Below, one piece after another: positions 1 to 9,264 of a stretch of 64,000 nt of DNA. Position 1 is the stretch's first letter. The number at the start of each line of letters is the position of its first letter. Made by a program: the position numbers and the translations under genes. Source of the DNA: an uncultured Acidimicrobiaceae bacterium (GTDB taxonomy: Bacteria; Actinomycetota; Acidimicrobiia; Acidimicrobiales; Ilumatobacteraceae); assembly GCA_963825605.1 (NCBI GenBank), contig CAWGTY010000014.1, forward strand, positions 117,924 through 181,923. The letters are read 5' to 3'. Under the pieces are notes generated by a model. It did not search any database, was not told where the DNA came from, and saw only the letters and a program-made list of their open reading frames with translations.

Positions 1-2262
1 ATTCCTGTACCGCCGCTCGACCGAGGGGCGCTCAGCCAACTCGTCGGGAGCCAGGACACGGACGACGCCGCTCGATGGTACGAGCTCACGAGGGGCAACC
101 CGTTCTTCGCGCTGCAGTTGGCTCGCGCCGGTGTCAGCCCGAGTGACGAGTTCGATCTCGACGATGTCCCGAACGCCGTCCAGACCGCGATCCGAGTCGA
201 GTTCGATACCTTGCCGCCGATCGCGAACGAGGTCGCCGCCGCGGCGGCGGTCATCGGTGACCCGTTCGATCTCGACCTGGTGATGGGCGCCAGCGAGTTG
301 ACCGAGGACGAGGTACTCGACGGGTTGGACCACCTCAGCCTCGGCGGCATCGTTCGCCCGACGGCGACGCCGCGAATCTTCGAGTTCCGACACCCGCTCG
401 TGCGCTCGGCGATCTATCAGGTGACGCCACCGGGTACACGCATCGCCCGCCATCGTCTCATCGCCGAGCACCTCCGACAGCGCGGTGCCGGCCCTGTCGA
501 ACGGGCGCGCCACGTCGAGCATTCGGCGCACCACGGCGACGAGACCGCGATCGATGTGCTCGGACGGGCGGCCGAATCGGTCATCGCGCAGGCACCGCTG
601 AGCGCCGCACGGTGGTTGACGACGGCCCTGTCGCTGCTCCCGGCCGCCGAATCGCCGCGTCGTCGGATCCGCCTGCTCGGGCACCTTGCGAACGCGCACG
701 CTGCGGTCGGCGATCTTGCGAGCGGTCTCGTCGCGCTCCGTCGCAGCCTGTCGATCGTGCCACCGGACGATCATCGTGCGCTGGCCAACGTCGCGATCGC
801 GTGCTCGGAAGGTGAGCGGCTGCTCGGCCAGCCCAAAGTCGCTGCCGACACCTTGCGCACGGCGTACGAGCGGATTCCCGATCGGAACTCGGCCGAGGCC
901 GCCCGGCTCGCCGTTGCTCGATCCGCGAACGCGTTGTACCTGGGCGCCTACGACGACACGCTGAAGTGGGCCGACGAGGCCGTACGGGCGGCCGAACGAC
1001 TCGACGACGACGCTCTCGTCGTCGCAGCCCATTCGGCCCGACTCGCCGGCGCGGCCTTCTCGGGCAGGATCTCAGGCGCCCGAGAGCTGCAGTCGACGCT
1101 CAAGCCGCTGCTCGAAGCGCTCGACGACGACGCGATCGGCCGCCAACTCGACGTGCTCGGCGCCCTCGGGAGCGGCGAGCTGTACCTCGACCTCTACCAC
1201 GACGCCTACGCGCACGCCACCCGAGGTCTCGCAATCGCACGGCGGACCGGACAAACCCACCTGATGCCGATCTTCACGCCGACCGCCGGCACCTCGGCGT
1301 GGATGATCGGCGAGATCGACAGCGCGATCGAGATCCTCGACGACGCCATCGAAGCTGCGAGATCGCTCGACAACGATGCGGTGCTCGCCTGGCATCTGTT
1401 CAACCGTTCGCTGCCCGAGATCGTGCTCGGCGATCTCGACCAGGCGATGCTACTCAGCGAGGAGAGCTGGGCGCTGGCGGAACCGCTGCCACCAGGTTTG
1501 ATCCGGGGCCTGTCGGCTGCCGTGCGCGCCAGCGCGCTGCACGGGATCGGACAACCCGCCGCGGCGATCGAGCTGCTGTACGGCAACGCCGGCGGCCCCG
1601 ACATCGCGTTGATCGGTGGCGGGTGGCGTGGCGTCTGGTACGAGATCGCGGTCCACTGCCACCTCGACCTCGGCGACAACGAAGCTGCGCTGGCCGCGGT
1701 CAAGCGAGCTCGTGCCCTCGCCGAAGCGGTTCCGGTCGATCTCGCAGCCATGACCGCCGATCGGTCGGAGGCTGCGACAGCGATGGCGGCGGGTGACGCC
1801 GATCGGGCGGTCGCGCTGCTCCACTCGGCGCTGGCACGCGCCGAGTCGATCCGCTCGCCCGTGTACGTAGCGTGGTGCCGGGAGCTGCTCGGCCTCGCGC
1901 TCGATGCGACGGGAGACCGCGAGGCCGCCGCGCGGGAGTTGGCGATCGCGTCGGAGATGTCCGATGCGCTGGGTGCAATCCGCCACCGCGATCGCATCGA
2001 TGCCGATCTCCGGAGACTGGGCCGCACCGTTCACCGCCGAACGCGCCCGGGTGCCCACGGGCCCGGCGGCGTCGAGGCTCTGACCGGACGCGAGCTGGAG
2101 GTCGCCGAGCTGATCCGCTCGCATGCGACGAACCGGGAGATCGCGAACCAGCTGTTCCTCAGCCTGAAGACCGTCGAGACCCACATCCGCAACATCTTCA
2201 ACAAGCTCGGCGTCACCTCGCGAGGCGAGATCGCCCGCACGCTCACGGCCCATTCGGGGTGA
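1..2262 (+). CDS. AAA-ATPase/TPR-LuxR family transcriptional regulator, 5'-partial (starts upstream of window)
   Basis: Frame 1 is open from base 1 (…ELTRGNPFFALQLAR, typical GNPF motif after the NTPase domain); FRHPLVRSAIY motif; C-terminal LuxR HTH LTGRELEVAELI…NREIANQLFLSLKTVETHIRNIFNKLGV. Confidence 0.9.
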   Translation: MPVPPLDRGALSQLVGSQDTDDAARWYELTRGNPFFALQLARAGVSPSDEFDLDDVPNAVQTAIRVEFDTLPPIANEVAAAAAVIGDPFDLDLVMGASELTEDEVLDGLDHLSLGGIVRPTATPRIFEFRHPLVRSAIYQVTPPGTRIARHRLIAEHLRQRGAGPVERARHVEHSAHHGDETAIDVLGRAAESVIAQAPLSAARWLTTALSLLPAAESPRRRIRLLGHLANAHAAVGDLASGLVALRRSLSIVPPDDHRALANVAIACSEGERLLGQPKVAADTLRTAYERIPDRNSAEAARLAVARSANALYLGAYDDTLKWADEAVRAAERLDDDALVVAAHSARLAGAAFSGRISGARELQSTLKPLLEALDDDAIGRQLDVLGALGSGELYLDLYHDAYAHATRGLAIARRTGQTHLMPIFTPTAGTSAWMIGEIDSAIEILDDAIEAARSLDNDAVLAWHLFNRSLPEIVLGDLDQAMLLSEESWALAEPLPPGLIRGLSAAVRASALHGIGQPAAAIELLYGNAGGPDIALIGGGWRGVWYEIAVHCHLDLGDNEAALAAVKRARALAEAVPVDLAAMTADRSEAATAMAAGDADRAVALLHSALARAESIRSPVYVAWCRELLGLALDATGDREAAARELAIASEMSDALGAIRHRDRIDADLRRLGRTVHRRTRPGAHGPGGVEALTGRELEVAELIRSHATNREIANQLFLSLKTVETHIRNIFNKLGVTSRGEIARTLTAHSG

Positions 2263-2608
2263 CTCGCACCCAAGGACGTAGAGCTCGGCTCGGCCGACTC
2301 GCACAAGAAGTACAACGACCATTGCGACCACGTCGTGACCCGCTCCGGGTTCTGTTCAAGGTTGCACCCCGATGTGGGGCGTGGGTTCGGCCACGCAGCG
2401 ACCGGGCCGCGACGCAGGCGTGCTCATTCCTCTTCGGTGAGCAAACGCGGAACGTGACTGTCGGTACGCGGCGCATTCAGCATCGGCCTGCAGACACGAA
2501 GAGGCTTCGCCATGCGGCGCCTCGGGTCCTCCGAAGATTCTCGATGGCTGGCCGAGTCATTCGACGGGCGAGCGGCGACAACCGCCAGTTGACGCCTCTG
2601 CCAGCGGA

Positions 2609-3478
2609 TCAGCCTGTGAGTTCCACCGCGAACATGGCGGTGTGGTGCAGTTGATACATCGCAAGCGCCAGCGTGGAGGTGAGCACTGTTGTCGTGATCG
2701 CGCGGCTGGATGCGCCTGGTCGTTCGACGGGTCCGAGCATCGCCTGGGCTCGCGCTGCGATCCCGTGCTCCGCGATCCCGAGTGACGCTTGCGGGTTGGC
2801 CCCAGCGAGTGCGACCTTGGCGATGGTGCGGGCGGCCACATCGCGTGCGGCTCCGGTGTGGACGAGCGCTTCTTCGTCAGCCCAACGTTCAAGCTGGAAC
2901 TCGAGCCGCCTCGTCGCTCCGGCGATCGGCGGGACGAAGGCTGCGGCCAAGAGGCCCAGCAGCTTGAAGCGGTCGTGACGGTGACGTGCGTGGGCGCGTT
3001 CGTGGGCGACGACGAACCCGAACTCCTCGGCGTCGAGGGTTGTGCGGAGTCCTTCGGAGATGGCGATCGTTCCGGCTGGTCCCGGCAGCGTGTAGGCAAA
3101 CACCTCGCTGGTGTCGATGTGAACGATCGGATCGGTGTCTGTGGTTCGGATGCGTCGATGGTGTAGGAGAACCCGGGCCACGCGAACGGCGCCCGAAACG
3201 GCCATGCCGAGCGAGGCGAATCCGATCCCGGCACCGACCGGTCGATGGTCGGGCAGGATGTGCGTCGACCAGTCGGTGATCGGGTTGACGATGCCGGCGT
3301 GCGCGAGGCCGCTCAGCCCGATCAACCAGAGCGTCGGGATCGCAGCAATTCCGACGGCGGTGATCAGGACGGCGTGGCACCGGGCGGCGGCCGCCGGGCG
3401 CAGCCGGCCGAGCCGACGACTGCCGGTCAACGCCACGACGAGGGCCGCGATCAGCGGAAGTGCGACGAAACCGTTCAT
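2609..3478 (-). CDS. M56 family (BlaR1-like) membrane zinc peptidase without a penicillin-binding domain
   Basis: N-terminal TM segments, AYTLPG motif, HExxH (HERAH), downstream ERWADE; 4-bp overlap with the upstream BlaI gene. Confidence 0.85.
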   Translation of the reverse strand: MNGFVALPLIAALVVALTGSRRLGRLRPAAAARCHAVLITAVGIAAIPTLWLIGLSGLAHAGIVNPITDWSTHILPDHRPVGAGIGFASLGMAVSGAVRVARVLLHHRRIRTTDTDPIVHIDTSEVFAYTLPGPAGTIAISEGLRTTLDAEEFGFVVAHERAHARHRHDRFKLLGLLAAAFVPPIAGATRRLEFQLERWADEEALVHTGAARDVAARTIAKVALAGANPQASLGIAEHGIAARAQAMLGPVERPGASSRAITTTVLTSTLALAMYQLHHTAMFAVELTG

Positions 3479-3828
3479 CTGGTGCTCTCCAGGATGGCCG
3501 CGAGTTGGGCTGCGTCAGCGGGATCGAGAACTCGTGCGAAGCCGACGAGCGCGGATCGGCGATCGGACGCGGATTCGAGCACGGTGCGGAGTCGTTGAGC
3601 GGTCAGGTCGGCTTCGCTGCTGACCGGCGAGTACGCGTACGCGCGACCTGTGCGTCGACGCGTGACCAGTCCCTTGTCGCAGAGCCTCGCCAGCACGGTG
3701 GCGATGCTGGTGTAGGCGAGTTCGGTCACCATCACGTCGATGACCTCGCTCGGCGACGCGGGCCGGTCGAACGTCCAGAGTGCTCGCAGGACCTCGGTTT
3801 CGAGTTCGCCGTCGGCTCGTCGTCTCAT
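3475..3828 (-). CDS. BlaI/MecI/CopY family transcriptional repressor
   Basis: GELETEVLRALW…LAYTSIATVLARLCDKGLVTRRRTGRAYAYSP signature; start reassigned to ATG at 3828 (117 aa). Confidence 0.9.
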   Translation of the reverse strand: MRRRADGELETEVLRALWTFDRPASPSEVIDVMVTELAYTSIATVLARLCDKGLVTRRRTGRAYAYSPVSSEADLTAQRLRTVLESASDRRSALVGFARVLDPADAAQLAAILESTR

Positions 3829-4108
3829 GGTGTCGTGGGCGCCTCTTCTGGTTGACCGATCTGGCTGTCGATCGCGTGCGGGCACACGACGGAGATCGAG
3901 AGTACCGAGCAGGCGACGGCAGGGGCGACCGGCGCAGGGGTTTCGGTGCATCAGGCACCCAACGTGGTCGACGGCGTCGGCGGTGTCACCGGGTGCTCAG
4001 ACGAAACGCTCACGTGGGTCGCGGCACGGGAAGCGAGCTTTCTGGTTAGCGTTCGCGCTGATGAGCGTCGTGGCCGCCGCGCCGGCAGCCGAGGGACGAC
4101 ATCGCTCG

Positions 4109-4528
4109 ATGGTCGATTCCCACGACTCGGCCCGTCTCGGCGGTGTGCGATGGATGCTGATCGGCGCGATCGCGATCGGGGTGTTCGTCGGGGCGATGTC
4201 GTGCGCGGCGGGCATGGCGACCGGGAACGGACACGACGCGCACGTCACCGCTGGAGAAGCTCGCGCCGTGGCGGTAGGGCATGTCCACGGTCGGCAGGCT
4301 GTCCCCGCAGCCCACAGTGATTCGACGTGGACGACTCGATCTGACGATGGCAGCAGATCGGTCGCGTTCGAGCAAGGGCATCCGGGATCGGCGTGTGTGA
4401 CCTCGGCACAGCTCCGCATGCCGGACGTGGCCGCGGTGACCGACGTTCGAACGATGACCGTCAACCCGGTCGTCGCGCCGCTCGAACATGCGACCGAGCC
4501 CGAGCCGCCGGTTCCCCGAATCTCCTGA
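4109..4528 (+). CDS. small membrane-anchored His/Cys-containing protein, possible metal-responsive leader
   Basis: Hydrophobic MLIGAIAIGVFVGAMSCAAGMA, scattered His, HPGSAC, C-terminal PEPPVPRIS; ends 39 nt before the cupredoxin start. Alternative start 4154. Confidence 0.55.
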   Translation: MVDSHDSARLGGVRWMLIGAIAIGVFVGAMSCAAGMATGNGHDAHVTAGEARAVAVGHVHGRQAVPAAHSDSTWTTRSDDGSRSVAFEQGHPGSACVTSAQLRMPDVAAVTDVRTMTVNPVVAPLEHATEPEPPVPRIS

Positions 4529-4567
4529 GTTCCAAAGCCCACTCAGATCGAACAAGGAGAAACTCAC

Positions 4568-5026
4568 ATGAAGCGAGCACTCGCGCTCGTGGCCACATCA
4601 GCGGCTGCCCTCACTGCCTGCGGTCACGGCGGCGACGCCACTGACGGAACCTCCGGCGACGGGGTCCGCACGATCGAGGTCGCGATGACCGACATGGCCT
4701 TCACACCCAACCAGGTCGACGCCACCGCCGGTGAGACGGTCACGTTCGTGTTCCGCAACGACGGAGCAGTCCGCCACGAAGCCCTGTTCGGCAATCTCGC
4801 CGAACAAGTAGCCCACCACGCCGAGATGGCCGAGATGGGCGGCGCCCACGACGCAACGGAGATGGGATCGATGCCCCACGAGAACATGACCGAGTTGCAC
4901 TCGGTGATCGTCGAACCGGGCGACACCATCGAGGTGACGCACACCTTCGGCGCGGATCCCACGATGATCGGATGCCACGAAGCCGGCCACTGGGAGGCAG
5001 GCATGAAGATGGACATCAGCCTCTAG
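4568..5026 (+). CDS. cupredoxin-domain lipoprotein (CopI/azurin-like)
   Basis: AAGGAG RBS; lipobox ALTAC; type-1 Cu ligands H (RHE), C-x4-H-x4-M (GCHEAGHWEAGM); His/Met-rich insert. Confidence 0.85.
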   Translation: MKRALALVATSAAALTACGHGGDATDGTSGDGVRTIEVAMTDMAFTPNQVDATAGETVTFVFRNDGAVRHEALFGNLAEQVAHHAEMAEMGGAHDATEMGSMPHENMTELHSVIVEPGDTIEVTHTFGADPTMIGCHEAGHWEAGMKMDISL

Positions 5027-5027
5027 A

Positions 5028-5064
5028 TCGGGTGCGGGCCGGCCGACGGCCGGCCCGCACCCGA
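5028..5064 (+). terminator. perfect 17-bp stem hairpin after the cupredoxin gene (actinobacterial U-tract-less terminator candidate)
   Basis: TCGGGTGCGGGCCGGCC-gac-GGCCGGCCCGCACCCGA starting 2 nt after the TAG stop. Confidence 0.75.
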
Positions 5065-5098
5065 ACTCCCCGGCCAGATGTCGGGGCATCGTGCGGAA

Positions 5099-5117
5099 CT
5101 ACGACACTGCGTCGCAG
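5099..5117. promoter_or_regulatory. imperfect inverted repeat upstream of copCD, possible BlaI-family operator
   Basis: CTACGAC-actgc-GTCGCAG (1 mismatch), ~30 nt upstream of ATG 5150; assignment to BlaI is inference. Confidence 0.3.
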
Positions 5118-5149
5118 CAGCGGCTCCGCTTCGATAGTGTGTCGGTTTC

Positions 5150-6655
5150 ATGACGAACCACTCGAACCGTGTTCGAGTGCGCCTCGCGTTCGTCGCGATG
5201 TGCGTCGCAGCACTCGCAACCCTCGGATGGTCGACGACGGTCTCGGCCCACACCGACTTCGAAGCATCCGTCCCAGCTGACGGCGTCACAGTCGACGGCC
5301 CACTGTCCACCGTGACGGTCGAGTTCACCAACCCAGCCGTCGAATCCGGCGACGGATTCCAGTTGCTCGAACCCGATGGCACCGTCCGCACCCCTGAATC
5401 GCTCGACCCGACCAACGGCACATCGTTCGTCGCGACGTTCACCCCAGCACTCGAGGCCGGCACGTACGGGTTCCGGTGGGAGGTCCAGGCCGGCGACGCC
5501 CACCCGCTCCAAGGATCGTTCCAGTTCACCGTCACGGGCCCGCCCACGACGACGACGGCACCGTCCGCGTCAACGCCGGTCACGTCGGCGCCGGCGGCCA
5601 CGCCGGCGGTGTCATCGCCTCCGACGACAGAGGTTGATCACTCGACGATGGCGATGGACGAGTTCCTGGCGGACACCGACTCACCCGGCCCGTTCTTCGG
5701 TCGTGCGGCCCGCACGATCTCGATGACATCGACGGTGTTCGCGGTCGGTGTCATCGCTGCGCTCGCCTGGGTCATTCGCGGCCGACGCGATGAACTCGAA
5801 CGACTGCGGGGATGGGTGCGCCTCGCCGGGCTCGGCCTACTCACGGGCGGCCTCATGGCGCTGGCGGCACTCGACGAAACCCAGTCAGATCCTCTGACCG
5901 AGATCGTCACGACCAAACCCGGCGTCGCGGCGTTCTTGACGATGGCAGCCGGTGTCCTCGTCGTTGCCGGTTTCGGGTCATCCGCGGGCAGGATCGCCGG
6001 ACTGCCCCGCCCATTGTCCGCCGCCGTGGCGGTCGATGAACTCACCACCAAGCGACCCGAGCGCGCCGCCGAGCCCGACACCGCCCCTGAGAACGGCGCC
6101 CTTCGTTGGGTGCCTGACCGCACGGCAGCGGTCGGCGTGACCGGGCTCGCGTTGGCCCTCGCCGGGTATTGGTTCGATGGACACACCGTCAGTCGGGGGC
6201 CGTGGATCGTGCATGGCGCGGTCAACCTGGTGCACGTCGCAGCTGCGTCGGTGTGGGTCGGGGGTGTGTTCGCGATGACGTTGGTGGCGTGGATGCGAAC
6301 GCGCCGGCGCTCCGAGACCGACCTCGGAGCGATGGTGGTCCGCTTCTCGACGATCGCCGGGATCTCCCTGGCGGCACTCTCCGGCGCCGGGCTCGTCATG
6401 GCGTGGCTGGTGCTCGATGCGCCGGGTGACCTGTTCTCGACCGATTGGGGTCAGGTGCTGCTGGTCAAGGTCGGAGTGGTCGCACTCGCGGCCGGACTCG
6501 GCGGCTACAACCACTTCGTTCTGCGCCCCGCGCTCGAGTCGAGGCGTGACGATCCCGGTCTCGCCGTCCATCTGAGACGGTCGCTGTTGGTCGAAGCGGC
6601 CGTCATGGCTGTCGTCGTCGTCATCACCGCGGTTCTGGTCGCATCGAGCACCTGA
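5150..6655 (+). CDS. copper resistance CopC/CopD fusion protein (YcnJ/CutJ-like)
   Basis: Signal peptide ending AHTDFEASVPADG (N-terminal His of CopC), GDAHPLQGSFQFTV, Thr/Pro linker, CopD TM region with GHT, HVAAASVWVGG, WGQVLLVKV, GGYNHF. Confidence 0.9.
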   Translation: MTNHSNRVRVRLAFVAMCVAALATLGWSTTVSAHTDFEASVPADGVTVDGPLSTVTVEFTNPAVESGDGFQLLEPDGTVRTPESLDPTNGTSFVATFTPALEAGTYGFRWEVQAGDAHPLQGSFQFTVTGPPTTTTAPSASTPVTSAPAATPAVSSPPTTEVDHSTMAMDEFLADTDSPGPFFGRAARTISMTSTVFAVGVIAALAWVIRGRRDELERLRGWVRLAGLGLLTGGLMALAALDETQSDPLTEIVTTKPGVAAFLTMAAGVLVVAGFGSSAGRIAGLPRPLSAAVAVDELTTKRPERAAEPDTAPENGALRWVPDRTAAVGVTGLALALAGYWFDGHTVSRGPWIVHGAVNLVHVAAASVWVGGVFAMTLVAWMRTRRRSETDLGAMVVRFSTIAGISLAALSGAGLVMAWLVLDAPGDLFSTDWGQVLLVKVGVVALAAGLGGYNHFVLRPALESRRDDPGLAVHLRRSLLVEAAVMAVVVVITAVLVASST

Positions 6656-6674
6656 ACGGCCCCGACGATTCCGC

Positions 6675-6706
6675 TTGACCTTCCAGCCGACGGGAAGGTG
6701 TACATG
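6675..6706 (+). promoter_or_regulatory. MerR-type promoter/operator of the copB-merR operon
   Basis: -35 TTGACC (6675-6680), 20-nt spacer holding the inverted repeat ACCTTCC-N8-GGAAGGT (6678-6699), -10-like TACATG (6701-6706); ATG 6 nt later suggests a leaderless mRNA. Resembles the CueR operator ACCTTCC-N7-GGAAGGT. Confidence 0.85.
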
Positions 6707-6712
6707 TAGAGC

Positions 6713-8851
6713 ATGGGCACACACCACGCATCCGATACGGTCGCCGAGCGGACGACCAGGCACGCACACGATCATGGCGGGCAGGCCGAGATCGGACACC
6801 ATCCACATGCCGGACACGAGACCGGGCATGGGCACGACAAGCACGCCGGGCACGACCCGGAGATGTTCCGACGTCTGTTCTGGTGGAACCTTGCGCTGGC
6901 CGTGCCGGTGCTGGTGTTCTCCGAACAGATCCAGGACTGGTTCGGCTACTCGATCGACGGGGGCTGGGCGGAGTGGCCGGCTCCGCTGCTGGGCACGATC
7001 ATCTACCTGTGGGGCGGTCAACCGTTCCTGAAGGGCGCCGTTTCGGAGGTGCGCAACCGGCAGCTCGGCATGATGCTGCTGATCGCGTTGGCGATCACGG
7101 TGGCGTATCTGTCGTCGCTTGCCGCGTCGCTCGGGATCGGTGATCTGAATTTCTGGTGGGAACTCGCCGCGTTGATCGTGGTCATGCTGCTCGGTCATTG
7201 GCAGGAGATGAAGGCGATCGGTCAGGCCCACGGCGCCCTGGCCGCGTTGGCCGAGCTGTTGCCCGACACGGCCGAGCGAGTCGCCGGCGATGGCGCGGTC
7301 GAGTCGGTGTCGATCGCGGAGCTGACCGTCGGTGACGTGGTGCTCGTGCGACCCGGTGGCCGGGTGCCGGCGGATGGTGAGATCGTGGACGGTGACGCCA
7401 GGTTCGACGAGTCGATGATCACCGGCGAGTCGCGCCCGGTCCGCCGCCGGGCACGGGAGCCGGTGGTCGCGGGAACCGTGTCGACCGACTCGTCGGTCCG
7501 TGTCCGTGTCGCTGCGGTCGGCGACGACACCGCCCTGGCCGGCATCCAACGTCTCGTGACCGACGCCCAGGCGTCTCGGTCCCGAACCCAAGCGCTCGCC
7601 GATCGCGCCGCCGCTGCGTTGTTCTACGTCGCCGCCGGCTCCGCAGTCGTCACGATGTTCGTCTGGACGCTGCTCGGCGAGCCGTCCGAAGGCGTCATCC
7701 GAACCGTCACCGTGCTCGTGATCGCCTGCCCCCATGCTCTCGGGCTCGCGATCCCGTTGGTGGTCTCGATCTCGACCGCGACCGCAGCCCGCGCGGGGAT
7801 TCTCGTCAAGGACCGCCGAGCGCTCGAGCGCATGCGCACCGTCGACGTCGTGCTGTTCGACAAGACCGGCACCCTGACCCGCGGGAACCATGCAGTCGTC
7901 GACCACGTCGCCGCCCGAGGCGCAGATGCGGATTCGGTCCTGGCAATGGCGGCGGCAGCCGAGGCCGACAGCGAACACCCCGTAGCCCGTGCGATCGTCG
8001 ACGCTGCCCACGAACTCGGCCTCGACATCGCTGCCGCAACCGGATTCGAAGCGATCCCCGGGCGCGGCGTGACCGCGACCGTCGACGGCACCAAGGTCGC
8101 CGTCGGAGGCCCGGCGCTCCTCGACCAACTCGACCTCACCGAACCCGATGAGATCGCCGAAGCGGCGGATCGCTGGCGCTCCCAAGGCGGCTCGGTGCTC
8201 TACATCGTCGCTGACGGTTCAGTGGTCGGCGCACTCACCCAAGCCGACGAGATCCGCCCCGAGTCGCACATTGCGATCGGCGACCTGCATGAACGCAATG
8301 TCAGAGTCGCGATGATCACCGGCGATGCCCGCCAGGTCGCCGGCGCCGTCGCCGACCAGCTCGACATCGACGAAGTGTTCGCCGAGGTCCTCCCCGCGGA
8401 CAAGGACGCCCAGGTCGCCACACTGCAGACACGCGGTGACCGCGTCGCGATGGTCGGCGACGGTGTCAACGACGCACCCGCACTCGCCCGAGCCGACGTC
8501 GGCATCGCGATCGGCGCCGGCACCGACGTCGCGATCGAATCCGCTGGTGTCGTGCTCGCATCGAGCGATCCGCGCAGCGTCACCGGCGTGATCGACCTCT
8601 CCCGGGCCAGCTACCGCAAGATGATCCAGAACCTCGTGTGGGCAACCGCGTACAACCTGATCGCGATCCCGATCGCCGGCGGCGCGTTCGAGTTCGCCGG
8701 AATCGTCGTGCCGCCGGCCGCCGCCGCCGTCGCGATGAGCCTCTCCACGATCATCGTCGCCGCCAACGCCCTACTTCTGCGCCGCCTCGACCTCCGCCCC
8801 GCGGACTCACCAATCACCACGACCGAATCCGCGACTGCAGGAGCGGCGTGA
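6713..8851 (+). CDS. copB: copper-exporting P1B-3 type ATPase
   Basis: His-rich N-terminus, TGES, CPH in TM6 (IACPHALGL), DKTGTLT, GDGVNDAPAL, YN and MSLST in the last TMs. Confidence 0.92.
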   Translation: MGTHHASDTVAERTTRHAHDHGGQAEIGHHPHAGHETGHGHDKHAGHDPEMFRRLFWWNLALAVPVLVFSEQIQDWFGYSIDGGWAEWPAPLLGTIIYLWGGQPFLKGAVSEVRNRQLGMMLLIALAITVAYLSSLAASLGIGDLNFWWELAALIVVMLLGHWQEMKAIGQAHGALAALAELLPDTAERVAGDGAVESVSIAELTVGDVVLVRPGGRVPADGEIVDGDARFDESMITGESRPVRRRAREPVVAGTVSTDSSVRVRVAAVGDDTALAGIQRLVTDAQASRSRTQALADRAAAALFYVAAGSAVVTMFVWTLLGEPSEGVIRTVTVLVIACPHALGLAIPLVVSISTATAARAGILVKDRRALERMRTVDVVLFDKTGTLTRGNHAVVDHVAARGADADSVLAMAAAAEADSEHPVARAIVDAAHELGLDIAAATGFEAIPGRGVTATVDGTKVAVGGPALLDQLDLTEPDEIAEAADRWRSQGGSVLYIVADGSVVGALTQADEIRPESHIAIGDLHERNVRVAMITGDARQVAGAVADQLDIDEVFAEVLPADKDAQVATLQTRGDRVAMVGDGVNDAPALARADVGIAIGAGTDVAIESAGVVLASSDPRSVTGVIDLSRASYRKMIQNLVWATAYNLIAIPIAGGAFEFAGIVVPPAAAAVAMSLSTIIVAANALLLRRLDLRPADSPITTTESATAGAA

Positions 8852-9264
8852 TGCGCATCGGCGAGCTCGCACAACACACCGGCATCACCACCAAGGCGAT
8901 CCGCTACTACGAATCGATCGGACTCCTCCCAGAACCCGACCGCACCATTTCGAATTACCGCGTGTACCAACCAGATGCGATCGAGCGGCTGCAGTTCATC
9001 AAAGACGCCCAATCCGGCGGCCTCACCCTGACCGAGATCCAATCACTCGTCGACCTCAAGACAGCCGGACAGGCGACCTGCGAGCACACCATCGGTCTGC
9101 TCCACCGCCACCTCGCCGACATCGACGCCCAGATCGCGCAGCTCCGAGCGTCACGAGCGAGTCTCGCTGCACTGGCCGAGCGTGCTGCATTGCTCGACCA
9201 TGCCGAGTGCATCGACCCTCGTCGCTGCCACGTCATCGCCGCAGCCGCCGATCAGCCGTCGTAG
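8851..9264 (+). CDS. MerR family heavy-metal-responsive regulator
   Basis: MRIGELA…TIRYYE-like HTH, NYRVY wing, Cys77, Cys120, Cys126; TGATG coupling to copB. Confidence 0.9.
   Translation: MRIGELAQHTGITTKAIRYYESIGLLPEPDRTISNYRVYQPDAIERLQFIKDAQSGGLTLTEIQSLVDLKTAGQATCEHTIGLLHRHLADIDAQIAQLRASRASLAALAERAALLDHAECIDPRRCHVIAAAADQPS

Noticed and set aside
2263-2608. Small gene or ncRNA after the first LuxR regulator
   Set aside because: No supported ORF, stable repeat or known RNA motif was identified.
5978-8185. 735-aa minus-strand ORF (also 27790..29469, 28149..29273, 50976..53024, 19154..20806, 45666..47489 and similar)
   Set aside because: Antisense or off-frame shadows of well-supported genes; Arg/Gly/Pro-rich, motif-free, expected at this GC content.
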